The notes under the pieces are model-generated. The model made no database searches. It saw only the letters and a program-made list of their open reading frames with translations, and was not told the DNA's origin. A program made the position numbers and the translations under genes. From a virus: 64,000 nucleotides of DNA. Of the stretch, positions 54,480-64,000 are shown piece by piece; the first letter of the stretch is position 1; the number at the start of each line of letters is the position of its first letter. The stretch covers positions 9,659 to 73,658 of the IMG/VR virus record IMGVR_UViG_3300025326_000023, one strand, 5' to 3'.

Positions 54480-54665
54480 TTAGTCCACCGCATGCCAGGT
54501 CTCCTTGGGGTGCTCTTCGATCCGGCCCTGCTCGAACAGCCGGTCGAGCACATGCCGGATGCCTTGATGCGAGAGGCGCAGGGCCCGCCGCAGTTCGCGA
54601 GTCCGCAGGGGACCGTGCTCGGACAGCAGTTGGTACACGCGATCGTCCTCGCATTGCCAAATCAT
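54480..54665 (-). CDS. Small winged-helix DNA-binding protein
   Basis: VYQLLSEHGPLRTRELRRALRLSHQGIRHVLDRLFEQGRI. Confidence 0.6.
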   Translation of the reverse strand: MIWQCEDDRVYQLLSEHGPLRTRELRRALRLSHQGIRHVLDRLFEQGRIEEHPKETWHAVD

Positions 54666-55112
54666 TCAAGCATTCTCCCGCCGAAACTCTTGCACCGCAA
54701 AGCCCAGACACATCGCGCCGACCGCGGTAGCCAGGCCGGTCAACGCCAGGAATCGGCCGCTTGTCCAAAACGCGGCATCGCCGGCAACTGCTGCGCAGGC
54801 TGCACCTGCGAAGGCTTGGATGGCCAACCACGCCAGCAGCACGGACAGTCCTCGCATCAGGATGGCTCCTTGCGACTGGCGACCAGCGGTTTCAGTTTTT
54901 TCAGGATCAGCCGCGCAGCGGATCATCTCAATCATCCTCCTGGGGCGGCGGCGCCGGTGGGGCTAGCTTGACTGTCACGCTGATCCCATTAGGACCGACG
55001 CACAGGCACTGCTTGTCCCAGTGAGATTGGCCCGCGCGCTCGCCGGTCGTGAGTGTGAATCGAATCCATACCGCCCCGCACTGGGCGCAGAACACACGGA
55101 TTGCATTGCGCA

Positions 55113-55709
55113 TTATCTCACCGCCACCTGTTCTGGAGTGATGGTCACCGTGCGGGTCTCGCCGGGATGCAGCCGGACCGTAGCCGCGCCGTATTGGCTT
55201 TGGACCTCGAAGCGGTAGCAGTAGCCTGCGGGGATCGGCTTGAGGGGCGCATGGTAGATACGCGCCGCTTTGCCCTGCTGGTCCACCTGCTTGCCGTTGA
55301 TCGTGACCAAGGCATTGGCTGGGCACTTCAGGATGATGCGGCCCTCTTTCACTTCCGGGGCGTCCTGCTCGGGGGTAGGCACCGCCTGTACGGGCCGGCG
55401 AATCACGCTGCGCATCGAACCGGTATCCACACCGTAACTGCGCCCGCTGCTGTTGCTGCAAGACGGTTCCGGGCTATCGTCGCCGTAGTAGTCGCCGAAG
55501 TCCTGCGACTGGACGTAGCGCGTGGGCGCGTAGGAGTAGCTGCGCGAGACGCTGCGGCTGCCCCACAGGCCGCCGAACCAGGAGGTCCCGCCCGCCCCGG
55601 CGCCGCAGCGCCCGCCAAAACATTGTTGGCCGTGACAATCGCTGTCGCAGCCGAAGGCCAGGCAGAGACCGAGGAAGACCAGCCAACCGAACCAGAAGTA
55701 ACGAGTCAT
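55113..55709 (-). CDS. Secreted protein with a TIGR03000-like Planctomycetes domain
   Basis: Signal peptide; IILKCPANALVTING...R.YH.PL.P...Y.Y.FEV...VRL.PGET. Confidence 0.6.
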   Translation of the reverse strand: MTRYFWFGWLVFLGLCLAFGCDSDCHGQQCFGGRCGAGAGGTSWFGGLWGSRSVSRSYSYAPTRYVQSQDFGDYYGDDSPEPSCSNSSGRSYGVDTGSMRSVIRRPVQAVPTPEQDAPEVKEGRIILKCPANALVTINGKQVDQQGKAARIYHAPLKPIPAGYCYRFEVQSQYGAATVRLHPGETRTVTITPEQVAVR

Positions 55710-55852
55710 CTCACGTCACCAAACCTTTCTGTCGTTTTAATCTTCCACGGGTGGCACATCCGTCAGCTTGTGCCACAGGTAGCGGGCCTTGGCCGCGACC
55801 CAGGAGCCGAGCCAGATGGCACCCCAGAACAGTTCAACGAGTAGACGTTTCA

Positions 55853-56365
55853 TTAGCGTTCCTTCAAGGGTTTGTATTTGTGTTCGCGGCAGGTGACGTG
55901 AAGCTGTTCGTACTCCGCCCACTGAGCCTGCCGGACCTGAGAAACAGAATCCACGGACAACTGCCGTGCAGGAATCAACCGGATCTCCAGCCAAGGAGCT
56001 TGCACTGAAACCAAAGCACCGGCAACCGTGGTGAGTTCCAGCATACCGGTGCACCGTTTGACTGGTTCCTCCCAAGAATAGAACCAGGATTCCCGGCCAT
56101 CCGGTCCCGTTGCTTTGGTTTGGTACAAGACCGCAAAGCTAGGATCCGGGCTTTTCGAATACGTACTTCGCACCGGAACCCGGATGCTTTTGCCTTCGTA
56201 ATTGGTAAACTCAACAGTCACGGGATAGGGCGCTCGTTCGACTTGCAGACAGCCATTACAGCCGTAAGCTGGCGGAGGGGATTTCGTCTCGGCGCAACCG
56301 AGCGTCAGCGCCACCAGCGCCGTGCCGGCGAACATCCGCGACAGGCCGAACGTGCGAGCGGGCAT
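55853..56365 (-). CDS. Putative lipoprotein
   Basis: Hydrophobic leader ending LTLGC. Confidence 0.55.
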   Translation of the reverse strand: MPARTFGLSRMFAGTALVALTLGCAETKSPPPAYGCNGCLQVERAPYPVTVEFTNYEGKSIRVPVRSTYSKSPDPSFAVLYQTKATGPDGRESWFYSWEEPVKRCTGMLELTTVAGALVSVQAPWLEIRLIPARQLSVDSVSQVRQAQWAEYEQLHVTCREHKYKPLKER

Positions 56366-56368
56366 GGG

Positions 56369-56722
56369 CTATTTCGCCCCCTTCTCGGATTTCGCTGCGC
56401 GTCCGAACTCAGCGTAATACCGTTTTATCTTCATCTTGGCGCGCCTGCACAATTTCAAGAAAAAGAAAGGTCCAAGGTCGCGGTGGCTTTTGGCGTCACC
56501 GAGGTGACCGGTGGCGTGGAGCACCTCGCCGACCGCAAGGACATCCGCAGCCCACTGATCCCAGTTTGATGATGGCGAGTCACCGACCGACGGAGCGGCG
56601 CGGGCCAGGAGGTCCGCCAGGTGTTTGGCGAACGGGCTGACGGGGCGTCGCGTGGTCGATTGCGTGGTCGATTGCGCTGTCATCTGCGTCCCTTCCATTT
56701 CGCTTCCATCCGGGCGTCCCAC
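56369..56722 (-). CDS. Hypothetical protein
   Basis: In-operon ORF; start uncertain. Confidence 0.4.
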   Translation of the reverse strand: MGRPDGSEMEGTQMTAQSTTQSTTRRPVSPFAKHLADLLARAAPSVGDSPSSNWDQWAADVLAVGEVLHATGHLGDAKSHRDLGPFFFLKLCRRAKMKIKRYYAEFGRAAKSEKGAK

Positions 56723-57176
56723 TCCAGTTCGTCCAGTGTGCGGCCGAGGCGGCAGCGGTGATCTTCCTCGATCTCTTGGAAGATCGTCGGCCGCCCGCCG
56801 GCCCCCAGGACTTCCCGCCAGGGGCTGTAATCATCTTGGTAGCGAGCCACCAATCGTTGCCGCTCACCGATACGTAGCCGCATGAACTCCACGCCGCAGT
56901 TCACGTAGGCGTGCGAGGTGTTTTGCGTCGGCCGGTTGTGCGGCCCGCCGGACAGGGCCAACGCCATGTCTTGTGCCCCGTGACCACGGGGACAGTTTTT
57001 CTTCCGTCAGGGTTTGGGGCAAGGGGGCAAATCCGGGCGCGGGTCGACCGGCTCCACGTCCGGTCGCACCGGCGACGGGCGCGGGCGGGGGCGCGGCCTG
57101 GGTGGCGGCGAACAGGCCGTACAGCCCAGTTCGGACGCGATCAGGCCGCAGGTGAGCAGCAGGAAAGCGCGGTTCA

Positions 57177-57443
57177 TCATCGTCGGAATCCTCGGAACAC
57201 AAATCGCACCGGCCAACTGGCCACGCGCACGGTGGCACGGGCCACCGGCCAGCCGCGTTGGGCTCGCCAGTAGACGAATCGCCGCAGCGGCGCACGGTAG
57301 TAGGCGACGTGGACGCCCTGGGTGCCGTGGTACGTGCGGACCTGGGCGACAGGGGCGGGCGATTGGCGCGGGCAGGTGGGGCACTGCGCCAGCGCCGCGG
57401 GCGGGGCCAACAGCAGACAGGCGATAACGAGCAGACGTTTCAT
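57177..57443 (-). CDS. Small secreted protein
   Basis: MKRLLVIACLLLAPPAALAQ signal; AAGGAG RBS. Confidence 0.6.
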   Translation of the reverse strand: MKRLLVIACLLLAPPAALAQCPTCPRQSPAPVAQVRTYHGTQGVHVAYYRAPLRRFVYWRAQRGWPVARATVRVASWPVRFVFRGFRR

Positions 57444-57592
57444 CCTTCGGTCTCCTTTTTTGGGGTGTCAGTCCTTTTTGAGCAGCAGGCGGAGCATCCC
57501 GTAAGCCGTTGCAGTCGTGATGGCAAGAGCGATCACGAGCAAAGCGGCAAGGCCATGCGCATGAACATGGCAGAATTCCAAAAAGGTCATCG

Positions 57593-57889
57593 TCATTCCT
57601 CCTTTGTCGTGGTGGCCAGTGGGACAATCGGTTCCGGGGGCAGGGGGCCGTGGCGGCGTTCCATGCAGTAGTCGAACCAGCCGACGAACCAGATGATCCG
57701 GCAGTTACCTCTGTCTCCGGCGCTCTGCTTGTAGGGGTTCAGCGCATCGCAATCCGTGCAGAAACTGCGGGGGATTTGTTTCTGGTATCTCTGGGCGGCT
57801 GCGTACACGCCTTCCTTATAAACCTGCGCGTTGCGCACCTCGCCGGGGGGCATCGGGCATTCCGAGCAGGATTCATGTTTATGGTGCAT
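57593..57889 (-). CDS. Hypothetical Cys-containing protein
   Basis: 98-aa ORF in operon. Confidence 0.4.
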   Translation of the reverse strand: MHHKHESCSECPMPPGEVRNAQVYKEGVYAAAQRYQKQIPRSFCTDCDALNPYKQSAGDRGNCRIIWFVGWFDYCMERRHGPLPPEPIVPLATTTKEE

Positions 57890-58084
57890 TTCCGTTTCGT
57901 TTCCGCACCATCATGCCGACTGTTTCCGCTGCCAGCCGCAGGGCCAGGCAGACCAGGATCACGGTGACCGACCACATGCACCAGCGCAGGCAGGTCAGCA
58001 CTTCGTTGAGCAGGGCTGCGATCTGACCCACGGCTCGCAGGATCGACAGCAGCGAGCCGCGCTCGTGCTCACTGGCTCCAGTTT

Positions 58085-59740
58085 CTAGGGGGTTTTCAGT
58101 TGGGCGATAATCAGTTTCTTTACGATCAAGAAACCCACTGCTACCACCAGCATCAGAAGCATCACTCCCGCCGCTCCCGTCACCAGCCAGCCCAGCACGG
58201 CGAACCAGCCGAAAGGGCCGCTGGACCCGCCTCCATCGTGGTCCGAGTCGGAGGGCGGGATCACATCTTCAGGGGACGGGCGATTGGGGCGGCGGTCGGG
58301 CCGGCGATCAGGGCGGAGAGGGCGGTCCTCTTCGTCATCCGGGCTGTCAGGATTCCAGGGCGGGCGCAGGGGGCGGGCCTCGGACTTCCCGGCGGGCTTT
58401 TCCGCAGGCGCCGTGGTGGGGCCGGCGGTCGGCTTGGCATCGGGCGCCGCGGGCGCCTCGGAGACGAAGCGGATCGCCCCATCCGGCGTGGCGGCACGAG
58501 TGCCGGTATCGGCGCGCACAGATTGCAAGTACAGCCGCACCTTGTTTTCGATAAGCTGGCTGAGCTTTTTCGGGTCGCCGTCGTAGCCGTTGCGCTGCAT
58601 CACGACGGTGGCGGGATCGCCGGCGGCCCAGTTGCGCGACGGCTGGACGAGGATCACCGGCCAGCGGTCCTGCTCACGCGTGTCCGGCAAGTTGATCTGG
58701 CGCCAGCGGTACAGGTTCAGCGAATCCTGGCTGTAGCAATACTCCGAGTAGTGCCACCAGGATTCCTGGGGATCTTGGGGGTTGACCCAGCGCTGCAACT
58801 CGCGGTCGTTGCGCACGTCTTCCAGCAGGCGCTCGGACATAGGGTGCCCGCGCAGGTAGATCGCGCTGAGATGCCACTTGTGAGAATCATCCGGCGGGGT
58901 ATCGGTAGCGGCGATCGGACCGGCCGCCACGATGCCCGATCTATAATTCAGGTCCAGCAGGCCGGCCTGGACCGGTGCCAGGGGGCCATCGTCCGTATCA
59001 CCGATGGCCTTTGCGTCGCTGTTCTTCCAGTCCGCAGATCCGGCTCCCTGCGTGAAACCTACGCGCGTAATCAGGATATGGTCTTTGATGCTATCGCGCA
59101 GGTAATTCCCCAGGTTGTCCGGCCCCCGGCTGTAGCCGACTACGTGCATGGCCACGCGAGTGGTCGGGCCGTAGTCGCCGCTAGTGGGCGGCTGCAGGAT
59201 TACCGTCGGGGTGCCGCGGAGGTTGATGTTCTTGGTGAACGCCAACTGTTCCGGGCTGCCCAGCGCGAACTCGCGGTAGACCGCCCAGGACTTGGCGTCG
59301 TTGTCCGGCTTGGCCCAAGCCTGTAGAGCTGGGGATTTAAGGAAGTCGGCGCGGAGCGTTTCCGAGGCTTTGCCGCCGGGGCGGTAGACGAGGCTGACAA
59401 ACCAGCGTTTGCCAGCCTGGGGCGTGTCGCCGTTTGTCAGCCCGCGCCAGTTGACCGCTCGGCCGAACATCACGTTGGGGATGTTCCCGTCCGACATGAT
59501 CTCCGGGGTATGGCCGACGAAAGAGCCGCGGCGGATTATTTCGTCGCGCCCTTCCGGGAGCACGCCGGGGGGCATGTTGTTTTGCTTGGCGATTTCTTCG
59601 GCGGTGCGGGGGTCGACCCCGGCGGGTCCGACGGGCTGCTGGCCGGCAGGTTGCTGCCCGGCAGGCGCCGCTGCAAGAGTCGCCGCCGCCAAGGCGGAAA
59701 CAAGACATAGCGCGCCAATTGCTTTGCGAAACGTAACCAT
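58085..59740 (-). CDS. Secreted, membrane-anchored protein with an internally duplicated domain
   Basis: Signal peptide; two copies of KW..S..Y......SE.L..D......L..W..P......W....P.ILxQP....G.P...V....GY; C-terminal TM. Confidence 0.7.
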   Translation of the reverse strand: MVTFRKAIGALCLVSALAAATLAAAPAGQQPAGQQPVGPAGVDPRTAEEIAKQNNMPPGVLPEGRDEIIRRGSFVGHTPEIMSDGNIPNVMFGRAVNWRGLTNGDTPQAGKRWFVSLVYRPGGKASETLRADFLKSPALQAWAKPDNDAKSWAVYREFALGSPEQLAFTKNINLRGTPTVILQPPTSGDYGPTTRVAMHVVGYSRGPDNLGNYLRDSIKDHILITRVGFTQGAGSADWKNSDAKAIGDTDDGPLAPVQAGLLDLNYRSGIVAAGPIAATDTPPDDSHKWHLSAIYLRGHPMSERLLEDVRNDRELQRWVNPQDPQESWWHYSEYCYSQDSLNLYRWRQINLPDTREQDRWPVILVQPSRNWAAGDPATVVMQRNGYDGDPKKLSQLIENKVRLYLQSVRADTGTRAATPDGAIRFVSEAPAAPDAKPTAGPTTAPAEKPAGKSEARPLRPPWNPDSPDDEEDRPLRPDRRPDRRPNRPSPEDVIPPSDSDHDGGGSSGPFGWFAVLGWLVTGAAGVMLLMLVVAVGFLIVKKLIIAQLKTP

Positions 59741-59741
59741 T

Positions 59742-60346
59742 TCATTCTCCCTGCTTCTCTTTCTGCTTGGGGTCATTCGTTCGATCGTTTTTTCGCGGCT
59801 CCGGTGGCATCACACTGCGGAACTGGATGGACGTGTTGGCAATGATGCTGACAGCCGCCACCAGCATGCAGATGGCCTGCACGATTGGATTCGGAATCAC
59901 GCTCACCAGCCCAATCGCAATCGCACCCGTTAAAATCAGGCAGGTCTCGCTGATGGACCGCAGCATTGGTTGGTCTCACGTCCCATCCTCTCATTTGGCG
60001 CGCCACTGATCCCACAGTCGCTTGATGATTGCCAGGGTTGTAAAGCCGATCAGGGCAGCGGCCAAAACAACCACAGTCGTTTTCAGGCTGACGCCGCCCA
60101 GGGCGACCAGCGCCGCCGCGTTTAGTGGTTGCGGGTTCATGGCCGAAAGGCCCTCCACACCAGCCAACCCAAGACAGCCAAACCAAGTCCCCAGCCACCG
60201 CGCGAGATCAGAATCTGCATCCCGATCAACGGCGCTATGTCGGTTTTGAACAGGAGAGGCAGCCCAAGCCCTAACCCCCTCAGCGCCATCCAGGCGGCCA
60301 CGAGCCACAACGGGTACGCCAGCCATTGCAAGTTGATCGTTACCAT
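59742..60346 (-). other. Three small membrane-protein ORFs (59742-59966, 59991-60140, 60137-60346); holin-like candidates
   Basis: Each has 1-2 hydrophobic helices; the genes are tightly packed. Confidence 0.45.
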
Positions 60347-60385
60347 ACGCCAGCCTCCTCCCTAACACATCTCCAACCAATCGCG

Positions 60386-60730
60386 TCACGCCTGGCGGGG
60401 GCGGCATCTCAGCAACTCCACGATCTGGGGTAGGCAGTCAATCGTCTTCATCGTATCGGCGAGCTGTTGTTCGAGGGCAATTACCCGCTCGTGCCAATCT
60501 GCCGCAATCGACCGCTGTTTATCCGCCTCGGCCTTCCAGCAATCCCGCTCGATCAGGGCTTGCACGTGGTCGTTGTGCGCTGCTGCCAGTTGCTGCTTCG
60601 CGTCGTCGAAATGCTGCGAGCATCGCTCCCAACCGCTGTGCATGTATTCCTTATCGCTAGCCGCGGACCGCCACAGGGTCAACAGGATCGCGAAGGCAAC
60701 GGTTACGGTCAAGAGCAGCAACCAGATCAT
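60386..60730 (-). CDS. N-terminal TM plus coiled-coil protein (spanin-like topology)
   Basis: MIWLLLLTVTVAFAILLTLW followed by heptad repeats. Confidence 0.55.
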   Translation of the reverse strand: MIWLLLLTVTVAFAILLTLWRSAASDKEYMHSGWERCSQHFDDAKQQLAAAHNDHVQALIERDCWKAEADKQRSIAADWHERVIALEQQLADTMKTIDCLPQIVELLRCRPRQA

Positions 60731-61344
60731 CTCCACCACTCCACATACCTCGGCACGGCGGGCGGGGGCGGCGCGTCCAGGACCACCACCCACTCGCCCG
60801 ATTGCTTGTGAGTGCGCACGTACTGTTCCCAGGAATACTCGTCGATCTGCCGCGGGCTATTGTTGTCGCAGACGTACCAGCGGTTGCCGTTGGGGTTCCA
60901 GCCGACCTCGGTCTGGAAATGGGCCGTGGCGAATCCGATCGCGGCGAACCGGCCCGTCTTGGCCGCCCAGCGCATCCATTCGTAAGTCGCGCTCCCGGTG
61001 ACGTTGTAGATCGCCATGCCCCGGCGCTTGGCGTACTCCTCCACTCGCGAGGGGTAACTGCCGCCGCGCACCTTGGGGCCGTATTCTTCCGAGTCCCAGA
61101 GCAAGTTCGTGGCACTGGCCGCCGTGCGCTTCTCAGGGCTGTCGTCGGCCATCCACATGCCACACATGCCGATGGAACACTGGACACATGACCCGTCTGG
61201 ATTGCGATAGTTACTTCTCTGATTATCTGGAAGTTCCATTCGGCATGGAACGGATGCCGGGACATCAGGCGACTGGGCAATCGCTGGCGCGAGGTGGACG
61301 GCCAAGGCGACGATTACGAGCAGGAGCAGTGGTCGACTCTTCAT
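60727..61344 (-). CDS. Secreted papain-like/C39-like cysteine peptidase
   Basis: Signal peptide; GSCV (Cys), AHF...VG (His), VCDNN (Asp/Asn) in papain-like order. Confidence 0.6.
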   Translation of the reverse strand: MKSRPLLLLVIVALAVHLAPAIAQSPDVPASVPCRMELPDNQRSNYRNPDGSCVQCSIGMCGMWMADDSPEKRTAASATNLLWDSEEYGPKVRGGSYPSRVEEYAKRRGMAIYNVTGSATYEWMRWAAKTGRFAAIGFATAHFQTEVGWNPNGNRWYVCDNNSPRQIDEYSWEQYVRTHKQSGEWVVVLDAPPPPAVPRYVEWWR

Positions 61345-61513
61345 GGGTTAATCCTGGTATCTCGTTGAGGCACGCAAACTCCTTGTGATACTCCAACGCG
61401 GCGGCGTTGTACGCCCTCGCAGCCTCTTCTTCTGTTTCGTAGTTTCCAAGCCCAATCTTGCGATTTCTGTAGGTTCGGGTCGCGCCCCCGGTGCTACATA
61501 CACGCGGGGGCAT
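61265..61513 (-). pseudogene. AP2 DNA-binding domain fragment (probable HNH-AP2 endonuclease remnant)
   Basis: KIGLGNYETEEEAARAYNAAALEYHKEFACLN; no HNH domain; overlaps the next gene. Confidence 0.65.
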
Positions 61514-61527
61514 TGTTATTCATCACA

Positions 61528-62517
61528 TCATCTCCACCCGTCCGGGATGGGGGAATCGCGGAAGGTGACGGGTTCGGTCCGAATCATGCGCTGGATGCGC
61601 GGCTCCGGTGGCGTTTCCGTCGGCTTCGGGGTGACTTGGCTGGCCGGCGTGCCGGGAAAACCCACCGGGTCGTTCTCCAGACGGATCTTCGACACTTCTT
61701 CCTCGCTGGGGGCGGGCTTGGTAGGATCAAGCAGCCATTCGATTTTGAGATCCCTCGTCCAGGCTCGCACAGATCGGATCGGGACGGCCCAATGGAACGA
61801 ATCGCCGCCGCCCAGGCCCAGGGTAATCATGCCGATCCACTGACCGCTCTCGCGCAAAGCAATCAGGCCGCCGCTGGAACCACCACGGGCCGGGCAATCG
61901 ACCTGATCGAAAATCCCGTGTTCCGCCCCGCCGAACTCCGGGATACGCACTCCGATACGGCTGATAATTCCCGCTGTCAAGCTGCACGTCCCGCCGATTT
62001 CCTTACCTCCTGGCGCGCCGCAATGATACAGTTCCACACCGGGTTGGCAGATTTCAGAGCCGGTATAAAACTGGACGCCCTGTTTAGTGAACTCTCCATC
62101 GCGGACGCGGAGCAGGGCAATATCGCGGCGTGGATCGACAGAGATAACCAACGCGTCGAATGTCCGTTCTCCCACACCGCGGCCGTCAACTACACGCTCT
62201 TGAATGATTTGAGCGTCGCGATAGCGGACCTGTTTCTTGGGCTCGCCGGTGGAGGAAATCACATCCTGGACGGTGCGGAGTGAACTGACGACGTGGTGGG
62301 CCGTCAGCACCCAGACGGCTGGTTTATCCCCGACTTTGCCAACGACCAGCGTACCGGAGCCTTGGGTAGTACCCCGTTCGCCGTATCCGCTTGTGGGGCA
62401 ACAGATATTCACCGAAATACTTTGTAGGGCCGGTCCGACTGGGATCTTCGGCGGATCAGCAGCGGCCAGCAGGGCGGCGCAGAACAGGGACAAGAGGGGG
62501 GCGGTCCAAGGTCGCAT
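61528..62517 (-). CDS. Secreted trypsin-like serine protease
   Basis: Signal peptide; GSGT, VLTAHHV (His), RDIALL (Asp), GGSSGG (Ser). Confidence 0.9.
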   Translation of the reverse strand: MRPWTAPLLSLFCAALLAAADPPKIPVGPALQSISVNICCPTSGYGERGTTQGSGTLVVGKVGDKPAVWVLTAHHVVSSLRTVQDVISSTGEPKKQVRYRDAQIIQERVVDGRGVGERTFDALVISVDPRRDIALLRVRDGEFTKQGVQFYTGSEICQPGVELYHCGAPGGKEIGGTCSLTAGIISRIGVRIPEFGGAEHGIFDQVDCPARGGSSGGLIALRESGQWIGMITLGLGGGDSFHWAVPIRSVRAWTRDLKIEWLLDPTKPAPSEEEVSKIRLENDPVGFPGTPASQVTPKPTETPPEPRIQRMIRTEPVTFRDSPIPDGWR

Positions 62518-62667
62518 GGGGCTGAGTCTCCTTACGGTGATGAGGGCATCCTTACTCGCATTACCAAACCTGATACACAAAAACTGCCGCCGCGATTGTC
62601 CAGTGGGGTTTAACGCACACAGATGTGTCCACATGGCAACGGCGACGGCAGGCAAAGCAGGACAAGA

Positions 62668-63099
62668 TCATAGTTTATCCGGGTTGGGGTTTGGCGTCAA
62701 AGCTGACCGGGGCAGGCTCGGCGAAATCCAAAGCGCCGGGACATTGGGCACGTCGGCCAGTTCGGCGGGCAGGCGGCCCAAAACGATCTGTTCCTCGAAG
62801 TGCAGGGCGCAGAACATCTGCCAAGCCACGGCCGCCAGGTGGTCTTCCGATCGGTCGCCGGCCAGGTACTGGGACAAGTGGCGCAGTGCGCTGTCGACAC
62901 AGCGGGAGATGGGGAAGCCGCCTTCCCAGTTGCGTTCTCCGTGCTCGCGGGCGCCGTTTTCGTAGTGGCGTGCCAGGCGGGTCAGGGCCAGCGGGGAGAT
63001 CAGGTCGAAGCGGCCCTTGCCGTCCCGGCTGCTGCGGTTGGCGCCGGAGGGGTAGGTTTCGATCGGTTCGCGTTTCACGCCGGTGTACTGTTGGCCCAT
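62668..63099 (-). CDS. DUF5664 / dATP-dGTP diphosphohydrolase-like protein
   Basis: KGRFDLI.P.AL..LA..YE.GA..HGERNWE.G...SALRHL...EDHLAAVAW. Confidence 0.85.
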   Translation of the reverse strand: MGQQYTGVKREPIETYPSGANRSSRDGKGRFDLISPLALTRLARHYENGAREHGERNWEGGFPISRCVDSALRHLSQYLAGDRSEDHLAAVAWQMFCALHFEEQIVLGRLPAELADVPNVPALWISPSLPRSALTPNPNPDKL

Positions 63100-63431
63100 G
63101 AGAGGAGTCCCTCCAGGGAGTAGAAGACGGGGATGCCAAGTTCGTCGGCGCGGGCCAGTTCCCGGCTCGTGCCGAGCGATTGCCCGGCGCCGACGGGCTG
63201 GACCAGCACGGCGTGGCTGACTTCCAGCCAGGCCAGGGCCACGGCATAGCAGCGTTCCAGGTCCAGGGTATCCATGCCCTGGAAGTGGATCAGGCAATCG
63301 CTCCAGGGGCAGTAGGGGGCGTGGCCCGCCGCCTGGACTTGGGCGGCCAGGCGGATGCCGCGCTGCATGTTTTCGAGCATCTGGACCACGGTGGGGGCCG
63401 AGTAGGCGCCGGCGACGTAGATGCGTTTCAT
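63075..63431 (-). CDS. Nucleoside 2-deoxyribosyltransferase-like (DUF4406/DUF1937) protein
   Basis: RIYVAGAYS...P...S.G...E...A...GIPVF. Confidence 0.8.
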   Translation of the reverse strand: MKRIYVAGAYSAPTVVQMLENMQRGIRLAAQVQAAGHAPYCPWSDCLIHFQGMDTLDLERCYAVALAWLEVSHAVLVQPVGAGQSLGTSRELARADELGIPVFYSLEGLLSWANSTPA

Positions 63432-63976
63432 GGTTGGGATCCTGGGGCGTAGCGGGGTCGGGAGACCCGCGCCGAACGGGCATCGGGAGACCCGTGCCCA
63501 TTGCGGCGGCGGGCGGCCGAACCGTCTTGTGGCGGCGGCTGGAATTGGGCGGGCAGGTGGCGGCGGAGCCACTGCCGGACCGCCTGCGGCGTGGCCAGTT
63601 TCGTCAGCCGCACCCAGCGCCCGTCGCGGGGGTCGATCCCGGTCATGTACCAGTAGTAGCGCCGCTGGCCTTTGGTGCGGCGCTTGCTGGTGTCCCCGCC
63701 GTCGCCCTTCTCGGCCCACACGGTGCTGGCCACCGCCTGCTTGGACCCCAGCGTCACCAGGCCGTGCTGGGCGGCGGTGGGGGCGAGGCAGGCGGGGCGC
63801 AGCCGCAGGTGCAGGCCCAGGTAGCGGTTGCTCTCGAAGGAGAGCCGGCAGTGCGGGCAGCGCAGGGCGGGGTGGCGGTTGACGGAGGGGGGCGGATCGG
63901 CCAGTTGGAACATCGGCGCGCCGCATTTGTGGCAATGGGGGGCGTGGGCCAGGTCGTTCAGTTCGCGGCCTTCCAC
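63428..63976 (-). CDS. Hypothetical zinc-ribbon protein; start may lie outside the window
   Basis: CHKC and CPHC motifs. Confidence 0.45.
   Translation of the reverse strand: MEGRELNDLAHAPHCHKCGAPMFQLADPPPSVNRHPALRCPHCRLSFESNRYLGLHLRLRPACLAPTAAQHGLVTLGSKQAVASTVWAEKGDGGDTSKRRTKGQRRYYWYMTGIDPRDGRWVRLTKLATPQAVRQWLRRHLPAQFQPPPQDGSAARRRNGHGSPDARSARVSRPRYAPGSQP
63452..63500. repeat. REP-like motif copy plus partial copy
   Basis: gcggggtcgggagacccgcgccgaac...cgggagacccgtgccca. Confidence 0.75.
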
Positions 63977-64000
63977 TTTGCGGACCGCATTGCCGGCTCT

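Noticed and set aside
86-64000. Many long overlapping ORFs in alternative frames or antisense (e.g. 86-1459, 6578-8305, 16032-17708, 39170-40963)
   Set aside because: Shadow ORFs of GC-rich coding DNA: R/G/A/P-rich, no motifs, overlapping better-supported genes
1-64000. tRNA, rRNA or tmRNA genes
   Set aside because: No convincing cloverleaf or rRNA signature seen by eye; tRNAscan-SE/Infernal would be needed to exclude them

Overview
A GC-rich segment of a temperate tailed phage or prophage, probably infecting a Planctomycetota host (near-canonical planctomycete ClpC N-domain, TIGR03000-like protein, REP-like motif). No host housekeeping genes, rRNA or tRNA genes were seen. Layout: (i) 168-10552 (+): portal-like gene, head-tail genes and a large intein-containing protein, with an inverted degenerate serine-recombinase gene inside the block. 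(ii) 10.6-17.9 kb (-): early/accessory operon with an XRE regulator, a PRTase-HAD fusion, a tyrosine integrase and a compact CRISPR locus. (iii) 22.8-37.7 kb (-): glycan-modification cluster (3 GT2, GT11, 2 sulfotransferases, 3 methyltransferases, intein-containing GDP-mannose 3,5-epimerase), interrupted by two stand-alone Clp-N genes and a stand-alone sigma70 region 4 gene. (iv) 37.8-54 kb (-): tail module. (v) 54-64 kb (-): small membrane/secreted proteins, two proteases and nucleotide-metabolism genes. The most notable element is a ~453-aa Cas12f/TnpB-like protein that appears to lack the RuvC catalytic residues and zinc finger. It sits between an 8-repeat CRISPR array upstream and a divergent 3-repeat mini-array overlapping its own 3' end, with no cas1/cas2 in the window, so it is a candidate phage-encoded RNA-guided DNA-binding or regulatory system. 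About 21 AT-rich heptamer-repeat elements sit at gene junctions. All protein assignments come from motif recognition by eye; no database searches were run.
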